IMG/VR virus record: IMGVR_UViG_3300032236_001850
Coordinates: 62,001 to 126,000 of that record
Reading direction: 5' to 3' (one strand)
DNA length: 64,000 bases
Shown here: piece by piece, positions 43,140-57,521 of the stretch
Layout: the number at the start of each line of letters is the position of its first letter
How positions within the stretch are numbered: the first letter of the stretch is position 1
Program-made: the position numbers and the translations under genes
The notes under the pieces: generated by a model
Database searches by the model: none
The model's input: the letters and a program-made list of their open reading frames with translations, nothing else
Told to the model about the DNA's origin: nothing

Positions 43140-43839
43140 ATGATTCCATATATCTTACAAACGCACTAAATTTAAGATAATAATAGGCTATAAATTCAAG
43201 CATGGATTTATCTTTTAATTCTACTAGGTATTCGTCAACCTCAACCTCGGTATAATTAAGATAAACACTTACCCAAAGATCAGGAAATTCATCGAAGCTT
43301 TCAAGATCAAATTCATTATCAACTGGAGTTAGCACAGAAATTTGTTTTGCAACTTTCTCAGGAGTGTTCATCTTTATCCAGTCCATCACATCCTTCTGTG
43401 TTTTCTGTAATCCAAATTTAAGTTCAGCCTTTTGCGCTTCAGCTTCAAGCTCGTCACTCATGTAGATTGCCAACATAAAATACTCCCAAACTTCAGCATC
43501 TGATAAATTGGAAAATTCCCTAGTTGCATCCTGAGTAAATATTTCTAATTCACCTCTTTCTATAAATTGTAATGCGTGAACAAGTTCATGAGCCATAGTG
43601 GGATCATCAACATTTCCTGGTCCAACCTCAATGACTATATTATTAGGTCTGGATTCATGGGAATCGAAGCTAGCTTCAACACCAGGAACATTAACTTGTT
43701 TCAATTCCAAATGAGGATTTAATCCCTCAACCTTCACCCTATTCCTCTTCCATATGTCGGTGTCACCAATAAGTCTTTCACATTGTGAAATAAAATCACC
43801 AGCATCTCCAAAACTTTCAAACATTTTAATGTGCATCAT
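43138..43839 (-). CDS. HExxH metallopeptidase-like protein with capsid-targeting-like N-terminus
   Basis: MAHELVHALQ plus distal ELEAEA; MMHIKMFESF. Confidence 0.6.
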   Translation of the reverse strand: MMHIKMFESFGDAGDFISQCERLIGDTDIWKRNRVKVEGLNPHLELKQVNVPGVEASFDSHESRPNNIVIEVGPGNVDDPTMAHELVHALQFIERGELEIFTQDATREFSNLSDAEVWEYFMLAIYMSDELEAEAQKAELKFGLQKTQKDVMDWIKMNTPEKVAKQISVLTPVDNEFDLESFDEFPDLWVSVYLNYTEVEVDEYLVELKDKSMLEFIAYYYLKFSAFVRYMES

Positions 43840-44359
43840 TCTTTACTTTCTTTTTAATGGTTTCTATTTTTTTCATTATGTCGCCAACCTTTTTGCTGTT
43901 AATGCCAGCTTCCTGTATCACTATTGGTGTCTTTTCCATTTCATCAGGTTCAGGAGAGAATGCAACATCACCACAGCCTTCGCTGGATGTGATATGTGCA
44001 TGTGTTTTTAGAGGATAAGATTTGACAGTTCTTGCAGTTTTAGATTTACCTATATCATCCTTAAGTTCATCAAGCATTGCTACAAATTCAGCTTCCCTTT
44101 GTGCACTTTCATTTGTGAATTTCCTTTGATTTGTTACTATTTTCATATCGAGGGTATCCACAACCTTTTCTAGGTATGTTATTCTTTTTTCCTGTCTCTT
44201 GGTCTCAGCCACACACTCAGTGTTGCTTGTTGTTAGTGCATCTATTAGTTTTGGACCAAGTGTAACAAGAACTATAGTCATCAGAAGCATCAGAAGTGCT
44301 AATATCCTCTGTGCAAATGTGAATTTATCTAGTATTTCTGCTATTCCTTTGAATTCCAT
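43826..44359 (-). CDS. membrane-anchored coiled-coil protein
   Basis: N-terminal TM, coiled coil; GATATATA motif upstream. Confidence 0.7.
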   Translation of the reverse strand: MEFKGIAEILDKFTFAQRILALLMLLMTIVLVTLGPKLIDALTTSNTECVAETKRQEKRITYLEKVVDTLDMKIVTNQRKFTNESAQREAEFVAMLDELKDDIGKSKTARTVKSYPLKTHAHITSSEGCGDVAFSPEPDEMEKTPIVIQEAGINSKKVGDIMKKIETIKKKVKNDAH

Positions 44360-44401
44360 GATTTATTTATTTGAATATATATCTGATATAAAAATTATCA
44401 A

Positions 44402-44737
44402 ATGTCAGAACATAGAGTCTATTTCACATGGGCAGGTAACACATTAATATTTGGGGATCAGGATGGCTATAAATGGGAAACCACATATAGAATAGTTCAG
44501 GACGCAGCTTCCGCTGTTGACATGGCTGGAGGATATGGTTTACATCCTCTTGAGAACATCGAAAAGAAATTACCAGAGGAAGACGTTAGACAATTCATAA
44601 AGATCGTTTGTGAAGTTAACGGAAAGATATATACAGAGACTAGACACAAAGACATAGCTAGAAAAGTCACTGTTGGTGACATACAAAAAACTTTCGATAA
44701 GTACAACGTAAAGATCGAGGTAAAAGACAATAAATAA
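44402..44737 (+). CDS. hypothetical protein (probably virion-associated)
   Basis: 111 aa; start of late + strand block. Confidence 0.75.
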   Translation: MSEHRVYFTWAGNTLIFGDQDGYKWETTYRIVQDAASAVDMAGGYGLHPLENIEKKLPEEDVRQFIKIVCEVNGKIYTETRHKDIARKVTVGDIQKTFDKYNVKIEVKDNK

Positions 44738-44740
44738 GAG

Positions 44741-45454
44741 ATGATAACAAGATATTCAGATTTCGTTTTCGAGCCAAAGAAGGCAACAACCACTCAAACT
44801 AAACCGGTTTTAGAGAGAAGAGAGCCTAAGAAGGATGAGAAACCCATGAATGAGGGTTTGCTTGACGATATAGTTTCATCAACTATGGAATTATCTATTC
44901 CTGTTGATATAAGAAGAAATTATGGAGAGGACGAAGATGAGGATGAAACTGAAGATTACTACGAGGAGCCAAAAGAGAAAGTTATCACTGACTTTGTTGA
45001 TCCAGCTTATATAAAATCAACCAGACCCGCATTTATACCAGAACCTGAGGAAATAGAAGAGGAACCAGTAAATATGGAACCTCAGATTCCTATGGATCCT
45101 CTTGCTTACAAAATATTCAGGGACAAAGCCGAATCATTTGAATGTAAGGTTATGATAGAGGGAAGCGATGTTAAAAACACAGCGGTTAGACTTATACTGG
45201 AATCTGAAGAATGGAACATATTTTTCAAAGGCTCAATAAACGGTGGAATCTGCAGAATACCACTTAAAAAAATATCAATACTCTCTCCCGGACTTAAGGG
45301 AATAATTAAATTAGAGGTTGTTGTCGATGGTGAGATTTTCTATCCTTGGTACGAAACATTCCAAGTACAAAACAGTAAGAATGTAAAGGTAGAAGTACTA
45401 ACACAAAAGCAAAATAACCAGGCACAATCAGGCACTAGAGTTAGAATTGCTTAA
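44741..45454 (+). CDS. hypothetical protein with acidic linker
   Basis: MITRYSDFVFE N-terminus, acidic/Pro linker, beta-rich C-terminus. Confidence 0.75.
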   Translation: MITRYSDFVFEPKKATTTQTKPVLERREPKKDEKPMNEGLLDDIVSSTMELSIPVDIRRNYGEDEDEDETEDYYEEPKEKVITDFVDPAYIKSTRPAFIPEPEEIEEEPVNMEPQIPMDPLAYKIFRDKAESFECKVMIEGSDVKNTAVRLILESEEWNIFFKGSINGGICRIPLKKISILSPGLKGIIKLEVVVDGEIFYPWYETFQVQNSKNVKVEVLTQKQNNQAQSGTRVRIA

Positions 45455-45473
45455 AAGCAAAAAAATTTAATAA

Positions 45474-48400
45474 GTGTCAAATCCATTAAATCTTACAGGA
45501 CAGTTTATAGCCGACACATACGGAAGATTATTACAGGTACAAGGTAATAATGTCTATGACGGCGAGGGTAACTATTTATATACAATTGGAGGAACTGGTG
45601 GAGGTACAGTTGGACCGCAAGGGCCTACTGGAGCAACAGGTTCACCAGGATCCAACGGAGCTACAGGTTCACAGGGAGCAACAGGAGCTAACGGTTCGAC
45701 TGGACCACAAGGAGCAACAGGTTCACAGGGAGCAACAGGAGCTAACGGTTCGACTGGACCACAAGGAGCAACTGGAACTAGCGGTGCTACGGGAGCTACG
45801 GGTAGAACAGGTGCTACGGGAGCTACAGGTTCAACGGGAGCTAATGGTGCTACGGGAGCTACAGGTTCACAAGGTGTTATGGGCTCAACTGGAGCAACGG
45901 GTATAACAGGTACAGACGGATCCAATAGTGGAAAATGGATATTATCAACATCATCAAGCCCATCACCAGGTACCTTCTTTACAAATTCCACAAATACCGG
46001 TGACACCTCACAGATAATAATCAGCAATCTAGCGGACAATCTGACAAACTATTATGGCTGGAATCAAGCTGCTTCGGCTGCAACTGCATTGGGTAATCCC
46101 CTTTATTTGCAGATTTCCGAAGTTGGTAATGCTACAGTCAGCGGAATTTACCAAATAACAGCGGTGAATGATAATACAGGGTCATACTCTTATGTTGTTT
46201 TATCCATATTATCGGCGGGAGGATTATTTACAATAGGAAAAGAATATACAATATCATGGGTATATTCGGGTAAGAATGGGGTGGATGGATTCCAAATAGT
46301 AAATATTGAAAACAATGAGGAATTAGTTCATCTTATAAATACTAGTCATCTTTTAAGTGGATGCTATTATAACATAAAAAGTGTGGATTTTAACTTGGAT
46401 TACAGATTCGATTCAAAATCATACACAAACATTCTTTTGCTTGCATTAGCTAATAATAAAATAGCGGAGGATGGATATGGTATATTCTACACACCCAAAT
46501 ATGATCAGTTCCCAATATTTTCATCCAATATTGCTTATAGTGTTGGAGATAGAGTCATATGGGGAGGCTACGTATGGACGTGCACGGTGTCAACATCACC
46601 AGTGACTGCACCGAGTCCATTTGAACTTAATCCAGATTATTGGACAACAGGATATTACAAGGACAATACAAATTTCTATAATGTTTCATTGGATTCCATA
46701 AAATATGACTATATAAACGATAGAATAATTTATAGAGAGGAAAAAAATACAAATATTGTTAGCACTAATAATGAAAATATATTATATTGGGAAAGCTTAT
46801 TTGGAACATATAACTCTCCTATAAACGGCGACATAAAGTTCTACAATCCCATAAAATCATTCCAATGGGGTAACGTCTACGATGGCCAATATGGTATAGG
46901 TAACCAGTACATTGAAAATTCATACAATGAAAATATAAATTTTAGTGGCGATTATCAAACTAATATAAAATTTACAAATCTATCATATCAAAGATTTTAT
47001 AGTATATCGAATGATACTTCATCAATCTTTGTTGGTGGTGGATTTTCATCCTATACAAATCCAAGTTCATTGATTACAGAGGCTCACGGATTAATCGAAA
47101 TAACACCAACATATTACACTGATCAAATTTTTGATCAAGGATATGGATTTGATAATGGTTCGATGACCTCAGTAATACAGAAAGACCAAAAAATAATAAT
47201 TGGCGGTGACTTTACAACTTACACTAACGGGACAACTTACACAGTTAATCGTATAATAAGATTGAATCAATGGGGTTCTATTGACACAACTTTCGCTACA
47301 GGAGGCGGTTTCAATAGTGCTGTTTTTGCTTTAGCTTTACAGGAAGATGGTAAAATTTTAGTTGGTGGAAGTTTTGATGCTTACGATGGAAGTTCTGCTA
47401 AATATATAGCCAGATTAAACCCCGATGGACAATTGGACAACTTTAATCTGGGGGAATTTGGATTTGATAACGATACCTATGTTAGCTGTTTAGCGGTACA
47501 ACCAGATGGAAAGATTTTAGTTGGTGGAGGTTTCAATTCATACAACAGTAACACAGCAATAAAAATAGTAAGGTTAAATCCCGATGGAACTTACGATAAC
47601 ACATTTTTAACCGGTGATGGATTTAACGGTGATGTTAAATCAATAGTTATCCAGAAGGACGGAAAGATTTTAGTTGGGGGTCAATTTGACGCATTCAATG
47701 GTGACTCTGCAAATTACATAGCTAGGCTAAATCCTGACGGATCCAACGATGGCACCATAGGAACAACCGGATTTAATGGTGGTGTTAATTGTATAACTTT
47801 ACAAAGGGATGGTAAAATTTTAGTTGGTGGTCAATTCAGTCAATATGATTCGAATACAATCAGTAACATAGTGAGACTAGAAAGTTCTGGAGCATATGAT
47901 CCAACATTTGCTTATCTGGCGGAAAATCAGGGCGAAGTTAACGTGATAGTGGTGAATGATAACACCATAATCGCAGGAGGTAAGACTGAAAATTTCAATC
48001 TAATAAAATTTGATTTGCTTGGGAATGATCTCTATTACTATCCAATAGATAATGGAGTTAGTACAATACAGATAGTACAAAAAACATACCAATCAAATCT
48101 AACTTTCGATAACGGATCGCATCAGGACAGCGTAAGATTAAGATCAGGATCACAAGACACGATCAATCTAACAGATGGATCTTACCAGGATATGATTGGT
48201 CTTAATTTTTCTTATCAATCAAAATTAAATCTCAGAAATTCAAATCAAAATATTAAATTTCTAAACAGAGTTTATCAGAATGAGATTGAGCTAAAAAATT
48301 CCAACCAGATACTCAATTTAGCATTCGGAAGCTACCAAATTAATTTGGATTTATACAATTCCGAACAGCTTATTCCCGAACAAATTGAAAACGTTATTCA

Positions 48401-50993
48401 GGAGAATATAAGCATAAAGAATTACAACTATGATAGGACAGTTCATCCAATAACTGGTTCGGAGTATAATCAATCATTCATGAATGATCTGGAGGTGAAC
48501 AATTCAGCTCCTAAATTAATAGCTATCTCGAATAATAAATTATATGAACTTGAGGTTAGTTCGATTAGTGGAGGTACTGGTGCAACACCAACAATTAATC
48601 AGGTATTAGGAGCAGGCGAATATGCAACGGATAAAAATATGGTGCTAAATACGTCGACAGATGCATTTAATACGTATCTTACACCAGGTCAGGTTGCAGT
48701 AAATAATGGTGTTGAGAGTATAAGAATGACTCCATCAGCCATCTCATTTTCAACACCATCCGGAGGCTCATCATTTTTAAAACCAAGTCTAACACAACCA
48801 TCTGCATTTTCTCCTACGTTTTACTTACCTGAAAAAGCAAGCACGTCAAACTATACGTTAGCTACCACTGCTGATTACAATCTACAAGCTGTAACAGCCA
48901 ATGCCAACACAACAAATCTAGATATACAATTTCAGCCAGTTACCAATACAGGTGCAACTGGTACCAAATTTGTAACGATACAAAACACTGGTATTTTTCT
49001 ATTGGGTACCAACCAGACAACTACAAATGTTTTCAACGATAGAATAGAATGGTCTCAATATGGAAATACCATTACTCTAGGAGCAACTACTGCAGCTGCT
49101 TCCAATAGTGCTAATTACATATTCCCAATAAAACCATTCTCAGGAACTCCCTATACATTAGCAACAACTGCTGATACCATTTCAGTATCTTCAGGTAACA
49201 CTAACAATCTACAAATTTCCTCAATAGGGACAAACAGAGTATTTTATTCAAAAGGTCTAGTATCCTCAAATGGGTCAGTTACAGTGGGAACTACAGGAAC
49301 TACAGGAGGTACATCATGGGCATGGGATCTTAAGGTAAACGGTGTGACTGGTGCTACTGGCTCCAATGGAGCAACAGGAGCTACAGGATCTAACGGTTCT
49401 AATGGAGCAACGGGAGCAACTGGATCACAAGGTATCCAAGGTGTTACTGGAGCAACGGGAGCAACTGGATCACAAGGTATCCAAGGTGTTACTGGAGCTA
49501 CAGGATCTAATGGAGCAACAGGTTCTGCCGGAGCTACTGGAGCAACGGGATCACAAGGTATTCAAGGGGTTACTGGAGCTACAGGGGCTACAGGAGCAAA
49601 TTCAACAGTTCCTGGACCAACAGGAGCAACTGGTGCAACAGGATCACAAGGTATCCAAGGGGTTACTGGAGCAACTGGAAATAGCATCTCAGCAAGTTTC
49701 ATGAGAGGATCTAGATCCGCCATGCAAACTCTGAATCTAACACCTAATAGTTTAGTTGCATTCACACAAATAGATCTTTCAACAGGTTCGGATATTTCTT
49801 TGAACGCGTCAACCGGTCAGATAACACTAGCAGCTAATAGAGTTTATAGAATACTCGGACAAGTTCCAAATGGTATAGCAAGTGGTTCCAATATAAGACC
49901 ATCGTTCTCCTGGTATAATGAAACAGCAGGTACCTGGATAGGAAGCCAATCGGCAATCTATCAACCTTCAGACGCTGCGGGATATTGGTCATCAGGAGGT
50001 CCATCTGATGCACTATTATCAACCAGCACATCAACTGTTATATCATATAGAATTCTTTCAGCAAGTGGTAGTATAACCGGTCTTGGAGCTAATACAGATT
50101 TTGGTCTTACTGGTTCATATCCATGGTTTGATATACAAGTAATATCTGGAAATTCACCACTTCTAAATGGAGCTACAGGAGCAACCGGTGCAACGGGAGC
50201 CAGTATAACTGGACCAACTGGTGCAACGGGAGCCACTGGATCTGTTGGAGCAACAGGACCAACTGGTGCTACTTTCAATACAGTTCCTGCTATCAACTGG
50301 GGTACTAACACTTTTACTAAATCTGGTTCAGGTAATGGTGATCAATTGCTTGATAATGGAACTAACGATACACCGGGAGTTCTTTTATATTACGGAAATA
50401 ACTCAAACTATGGTATTGATAGTTATAATGGTTCTTACAATGTTTTAAGCGGTCAGTTATTGAGATTTGTTACTAATCTAAATGAAGCTGGTGGTGCTAT
50501 AAAAGCTGCATTCGATACATCGGGTAATTTAGCTCTTAGTGGATTTATAAATCCGAGCTCGTGGCGAGCTGGACAGACAATACAGACGAAATTATTTAGT
50601 GCTAGCGATTTAGGATTTACAACAAACTATACCAACAGTACGAACACTTATACCTCCATAGTTACCGGTACTTATACCCCTCTGTCCTCATCCTCGTACA
50701 TTTTCTTTGAAGTTTATGCAATGTATGATGTTGGTGGTGCCGCTGCCGACTCATTCTTCTCCCAAATAACATGGAATGGTGGGGAAATTGGGGTTCAACG
50801 TCAAGTTTGGGCTAACGGTGCGGGTGGTGGTACACGTAGTGGTACATTATTTCCATTGGCTGGTAGAGTAACGAACTCCTCCACGACTGGTTATGGATGG
50901 GCAGTTAATACCAGAAGAGATTCTTCCGATGATGGTATTACTGTATATCCTAACGGTGGATTCTATGTGAAAATAACAGAAATCGCTAGATAA
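45474..50993 (+). CDS. giant fibre/adhesin: Gly-Ala-Thr collagen-like tracts, delta-60-type beta-propeller repeats, C-terminal tip domain
   Basis: 1839 aa; (GAT)n; repeated [12 protein letters not shown]...[14 protein letters not shown] near 47020-48000; GTG start. Confidence 0.85.
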   Translation: MSNPLNLTGQFIADTYGRLLQVQGNNVYDGEGNYLYTIGGTGGGTVGPQGPTGATGSPGSNGATGSQGATGANGSTGPQGATGSQGATGANGSTGPQGATGTSGATGATGRTGATGATGSTGANGATGATGSQGVMGSTGATGITGTDGSNSGKWILSTSSSPSPGTFFTNSTNTGDTSQIIISNLADNLTNYYGWNQAASAATALGNPLYLQISEVGNATVSGIYQITAVNDNTGSYSYVVLSILSAGGLFTIGKEYTISWVYSGKNGVDGFQIVNIENNEELVHLINTSHLLSGCYYNIKSVDFNLDYRFDSKSYTNILLLALANNKIAEDGYGIFYTPKYDQFPIFSSNIAYSVGDRVIWGGYVWTCTVSTSPVTAPSPFELNPDYWTTGYYKDNTNFYNVSLDSIKYDYINDRIIYREEKNTNIVSTNNENILYWESLFGTYNSPINGDIKFYNPIKSFQWGNVYDGQYGIGNQYIENSYNENINFSGDYQTNIKFTNLSYQRFYSISNDTSSIFVGGGFSSYTNPSSLITEAHGLIEITPTYYTDQIFDQGYGFDNGSMTSVIQKDQKIIIGGDFTTYTNGTTYTVNRIIRLNQWGSIDTTFATGGGFNSAVFALALQEDGKILVGGSFDAYDGSSAKYIARLNPDGQLDNFNLGEFGFDNDTYVSCLAVQPDGKILVGGGFNSYNSNTAIKIVRLNPDGTYDNTFLTGDGFNGDVKSIVIQKDGKILVGGQFDAFNGDSANYIARLNPDGSNDGTIGTTGFNGGVNCITLQRDGKILVGGQFSQYDSNTISNIVRLESSGAYDPTFAYLAENQGEVNVIVVNDNTIIAGGKTENFNLIKFDLLGNDLYYYPIDNGVSTIQIVQKTYQSNLTFDNGSHQDSVRLRSGSQDTINLTDGSYQDMIGLNFSYQSKLNLRNSNQNIKFLNRVYQNEIELKNSNQILNLAFGSYQINLDLYNSEQLIPEQIENVIQENISIKNYNYDRTVHPITGSEYNQSFMNDLEVNNSAPKLIAISNNKLYELEVSSISGGTGATPTINQVLGAGEYATDKNMVLNTSTDAFNTYLTPGQVAVNNGVESIRMTPSAISFSTPSGGSSFLKPSLTQPSAFSPTFYLPEKASTSNYTLATTADYNLQAVTANANTTNLDIQFQPVTNTGATGTKFVTIQNTGIFLLGTNQTTTNVFNDRIEWSQYGNTITLGATTAAASNSANYIFPIKPFSGTPYTLATTADTISVSSGNTNNLQISSIGTNRVFYSKGLVSSNGSVTVGTTGTTGGTSWAWDLKVNGVTGATGSNGATGATGSNGSNGATGATGSQGIQGVTGATGATGSQGIQGVTGATGSNGATGSAGATGATGSQGIQGVTGATGATGANSTVPGPTGATGATGSQGIQGVTGATGNSISASFMRGSRSAMQTLNLTPNSLVAFTQIDLSTGSDISLNASTGQITLAANRVYRILGQVPNGIASGSNIRPSFSWYNETAGTWIGSQSAIYQPSDAAGYWSSGGPSDALLSTSTSTVISYRILSASGSITGLGANTDFGLTGSYPWFDIQVISGNSPLLNGATGATGATGASITGPTGATGATGSVGATGPTGATFNTVPAINWGTNTFTKSGSGNGDQLLDNGTNDTPGVLLYYGNNSNYGIDSYNGSYNVLSGQLLRFVTNLNEAGGAIKAAFDTSGNLALSGFINPSSWRAGQTIQTKLFSASDLGFTTNYTNSTNTYTSIVTGTYTPLSSSSYIFFEVYAMYDVGGAAADSFFSQITWNGGEIGVQRQVWANGAGGGTRSGTLFPLAGRVTNSSTTGYGWAVNTRRDSSDDGITVYPNGGFYVKITEIAR

Positions 50994-51022
50994 TCAACAT
51001 AATCTCCCAAACTATGCGTAAC

Positions 51023-51031
51023 GATATATAG
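51023..51031 (+). promoter_or_regulatory. putative late promoter GATATATAG
   Basis: 19 nt before start of 51051 gene; same motif before 60799. Confidence 0.6.
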
Positions 51032-51050
51032 ATAAAATTAAAGTTACGAT

Positions 51051-54676
<3,626 letters not shown>

Positions 54677-54677
<1 letters not shown>

Positions 54678-54883
54678 TGACAGCTACATTTATAAACAGA
54701 CAATATGATGGTAAATTTTACTATTATGATTTAGTATTTTCGGACGAAAATGGGGATTCACTACTACGTTTAGTTGGGGTTATTTTTGACAGCGAACCTG
54801 AATCACAAGATTTCATAGACAGAGGAACTAAAATTGCCAATGATAATCTCCCAGATTATCCACTAACTGATATAATCTTTTAA
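54677..54883 (+). CDS. small acidic protein (possible fibre assembly factor)
   Basis: 68 aa, coupled by TAATG overlaps on both sides. Confidence 0.7.
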
Positions 54884-57498
54884 TGGCTTACTTATTATCA
54901 ACATCCAATGGTAACTGGACATCCGCATCGACATGGAGTGTAGCCGATGGAACAAATTTTACTGATTCCAGAGCATTAAGTAGTGCTTTGATAGCAACTC
55001 CCGCTGCAAATACACCATTCTCCTGGTCTTCATCAGCTCCGACATTACAGGGACTTGCGGTGCAGTTGAGTTTTAGATCCATTGCAGGTACAGGTACAAT
55101 GACTGCGGAGCTCTACAACTCAACAGGATCGGTATCGGTGAGATCAGTCACAGTCAATGTGTCGGACCTTTGCACAACCTTTGGTGTGGTTGGTCCAATG
55201 TGGGTTTACTTTAAGTTTTCATCAGCGGTTACATTAGCAACAGGAACCAATTATACAATAAGACTTTCCTCATCGACCACTAGCCAGGTGAGCTGTTATG
55301 CAACTGCTGGTACAAACTGGAGCTATGCGTTAATCACAACAACAAATCAAGCGCCAACCACCAATGATTCAATAATTGTAACGGGAACTCATACAGGAGC
55401 TAGCTCATTCACAGGGAGCAACGTTATAATGGATAACACTTCAGCCACACAATTTGGTAATATTTACATAAGCAACTATGGAAACTTGTTTACTAGCGTT
55501 GCCACAAGTACGAATTTCCAACTAGCAAACAACGGGGTTGCGGGTACTGCTTTTATTGTGGGATACGGTGGATCTTTTGGAGCTGGTGCGGGTTTGGCCG
55601 GATCTTTTTTGCCAGCATCGTCTTCCTTAACAATAACACTTAACTGTTCAAGCGCATTAAGCACACCCTTATTAGTGTATGGATCATTCATAAGTGGTAG
55701 TTATTACAACAATCCCGGGGGTTCAGGTATAGGTAAACCATTTAATAAATTGGCTGGGGATGTGACGGTTGGAGCAACAGGAAGTACTCTTAATGATTCA
55801 ACCACTGGGTGGAAATCCGGGGATCAAATAGTGGTACCAAGCACAACTAGAACTGCTTCTCAATACGAGGTTATTACTTTGAATGCTGACCAGTCAGGTA
55901 CATCAATTTCACATAGTGCTTATGTGAATGCACATGGTGGTGATTCAGTATCATTAGTACAAGCTGATTTGGGAAACATCACAAGAAACATCATCATAAA
56001 ATCAGGAAGTACAACTTTTAGATCCAATATACAGGCAACAACCAACTCAACAGTTTGGCTATACGGAGTTAAGTTACAGGATTTGGGCACTGCTATGGCT
56101 GCTACCACTGCTGGTGTTGGTGTGGTTGGATTAAGTGTTGTTAACGGTGGGAGTTTTCAGATGTCCTGCTGTGTGATGTTAAACACAGTTACAAATTCAA
56201 CAACACTATCAGGAACTGGTCTATTTACAACCAATGACACAAACACCTCAATATTCAATAATATTTTTTATAACCTGGGATGGACTGCATTAGCCGGAGC
56301 AAATTCAATTTATGGGATGAATGACTCCAATATGTTTATTGGTAATTATTCCTCAACCTACGCGTGCACCTCAACATATTGTGGGAGTACCACGGTTTTT
56401 GCTTCCAATACAGCCACAACTGCTGCATATTCTGGCGGATTTTATACAAATTCTTCCTATAATTCATATTATTCAAATTCAGCAAATGGAATTTATTTTG
56501 TTGGAAACCTACTAAGTACTGGAATGTATTATTTCTCGATTTGGAGAAATGGTGCCACTGGATTGATTTTGAATAATGCAGGAACAACATTTCCTAGAAC
56601 TCTCACATGGGATCTCAATGTTTTTTATATATTTGGGAATGCGACATACGGAGTGGCACCAATTGCAGCTGTGTACACAAGAATTTACTTTTATGGTGGG
56701 GCTATTTGGGGGGGTAGTACTCTTGTACAGCAATATGGATTTTTTCCAAATGCACAATATATCGACAATATTTTGTTCTATGCCACCAATTTCGGATACG
56801 ACTATAATTTTAACCCATCACCACATACAACGGCAAATTTATTTACACCAACAAGGCAAGCATCCGTTCAATGGTCCAATTGTGGATTTAACGGTGTGGA
56901 AATAGCTGGTCAAACTCCAGCTTCACAGGGATCTAATTCCCAATCCTTATGTTTCACATCAATAAGCCACAATTCATCGGGATTAAATAAACAGTGGCTT
57001 CTAAATGGTACAATTTCCGGAGATAATGTTATTTTTAATACAACATCACCCTCCATCAGAATGACACCACTCTCTGCCTCATTCAAACTTTGCACAGCCA
57101 CGATTAAGGTTCCAATTAAAAATGGATTCTCATGTACCATAAGTTTATACGTCAGAAAATCAGTGGCTGGTGACGGCGCTGCTTATAATGGAAATGCACC
57201 CAGATTAATGTGGGTTTATAATCCAGGATTGGGTAACCTTGCTGAAACTGCTGTAGCAACTTCAGTTGGTGCGGCTGGTTCATGGGAGTTGTTGACTTAC
57301 ACAACATCAGGATTCACATATGCTGGTGTTGCCGAATTTTATGTTGATTGTGATGGTACATTGGGTTGGGTTAATGTGGATGACATTAAAGCTTCATACA
57401 CAGGAGACACCAGGGGAACAGATTTCACAGCACCCAACGGTGTTTATATAGAAGCAGATAATAGAAATCCAGGAGGAAGTTACGGTTTCACGCTTTAA
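54883..57498 (+). CDS. virion adhesin/tailspike-like protein, paralog 1 (beta-helix-like core)
   Basis: 871 aa Ser/Thr/Gly/Asn-rich; TTGWKSGDQIVVPST...GNITRNI motif. Confidence 0.75.
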   Translation: MAYLLSTSNGNWTSASTWSVADGTNFTDSRALSSALIATPAANTPFSWSSSAPTLQGLAVQLSFRSIAGTGTMTAELYNSTGSVSVRSVTVNVSDLCTTFGVVGPMWVYFKFSSAVTLATGTNYTIRLSSSTTSQVSCYATAGTNWSYALITTTNQAPTTNDSIIVTGTHTGASSFTGSNVIMDNTSATQFGNIYISNYGNLFTSVATSTNFQLANNGVAGTAFIVGYGGSFGAGAGLAGSFLPASSSLTITLNCSSALSTPLLVYGSFISGSYYNNPGGSGIGKPFNKLAGDVTVGATGSTLNDSTTGWKSGDQIVVPSTTRTASQYEVITLNADQSGTSISHSAYVNAHGGDSVSLVQADLGNITRNIIIKSGSTTFRSNIQATTNSTVWLYGVKLQDLGTAMAATTAGVGVVGLSVVNGGSFQMSCCVMLNTVTNSTTLSGTGLFTTNDTNTSIFNNIFYNLGWTALAGANSIYGMNDSNMFIGNYSSTYACTSTYCGSTTVFASNTATTAAYSGGFYTNSSYNSYYSNSANGIYFVGNLLSTGMYYFSIWRNGATGLILNNAGTTFPRTLTWDLNVFYIFGNATYGVAPIAAVYTRIYFYGGAIWGGSTLVQQYGFFPNAQYIDNILFYATNFGYDYNFNPSPHTTANLFTPTRQASVQWSNCGFNGVEIAGQTPASQGSNSQSLCFTSISHNSSGLNKQWLLNGTISGDNVIFNTTSPSIRMTPLSASFKLCTATIKVPIKNGFSCTISLYVRKSVAGDGAAYNGNAPRLMWVYNPGLGNLAETAVATSVGAAGSWELLTYTTSGFTYAGVAEFYVDCDGTLGWVNVDDIKASYTGDTRGTDFTAPNGVYIEADNRNPGGSYGFTL

Positions 57499-57521
57499 AA
57501 AGAACATAGATATTATAAGAT

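Noticed and set aside
514-44793. Numerous short minus-strand or overlapping ORFs in the track (e.g. 514..846, 7126..7446, 14307..14669, 22646..23026, 32106..32573)
   Set aside because: Fully overlap better-supported genes on the other strand or frame.
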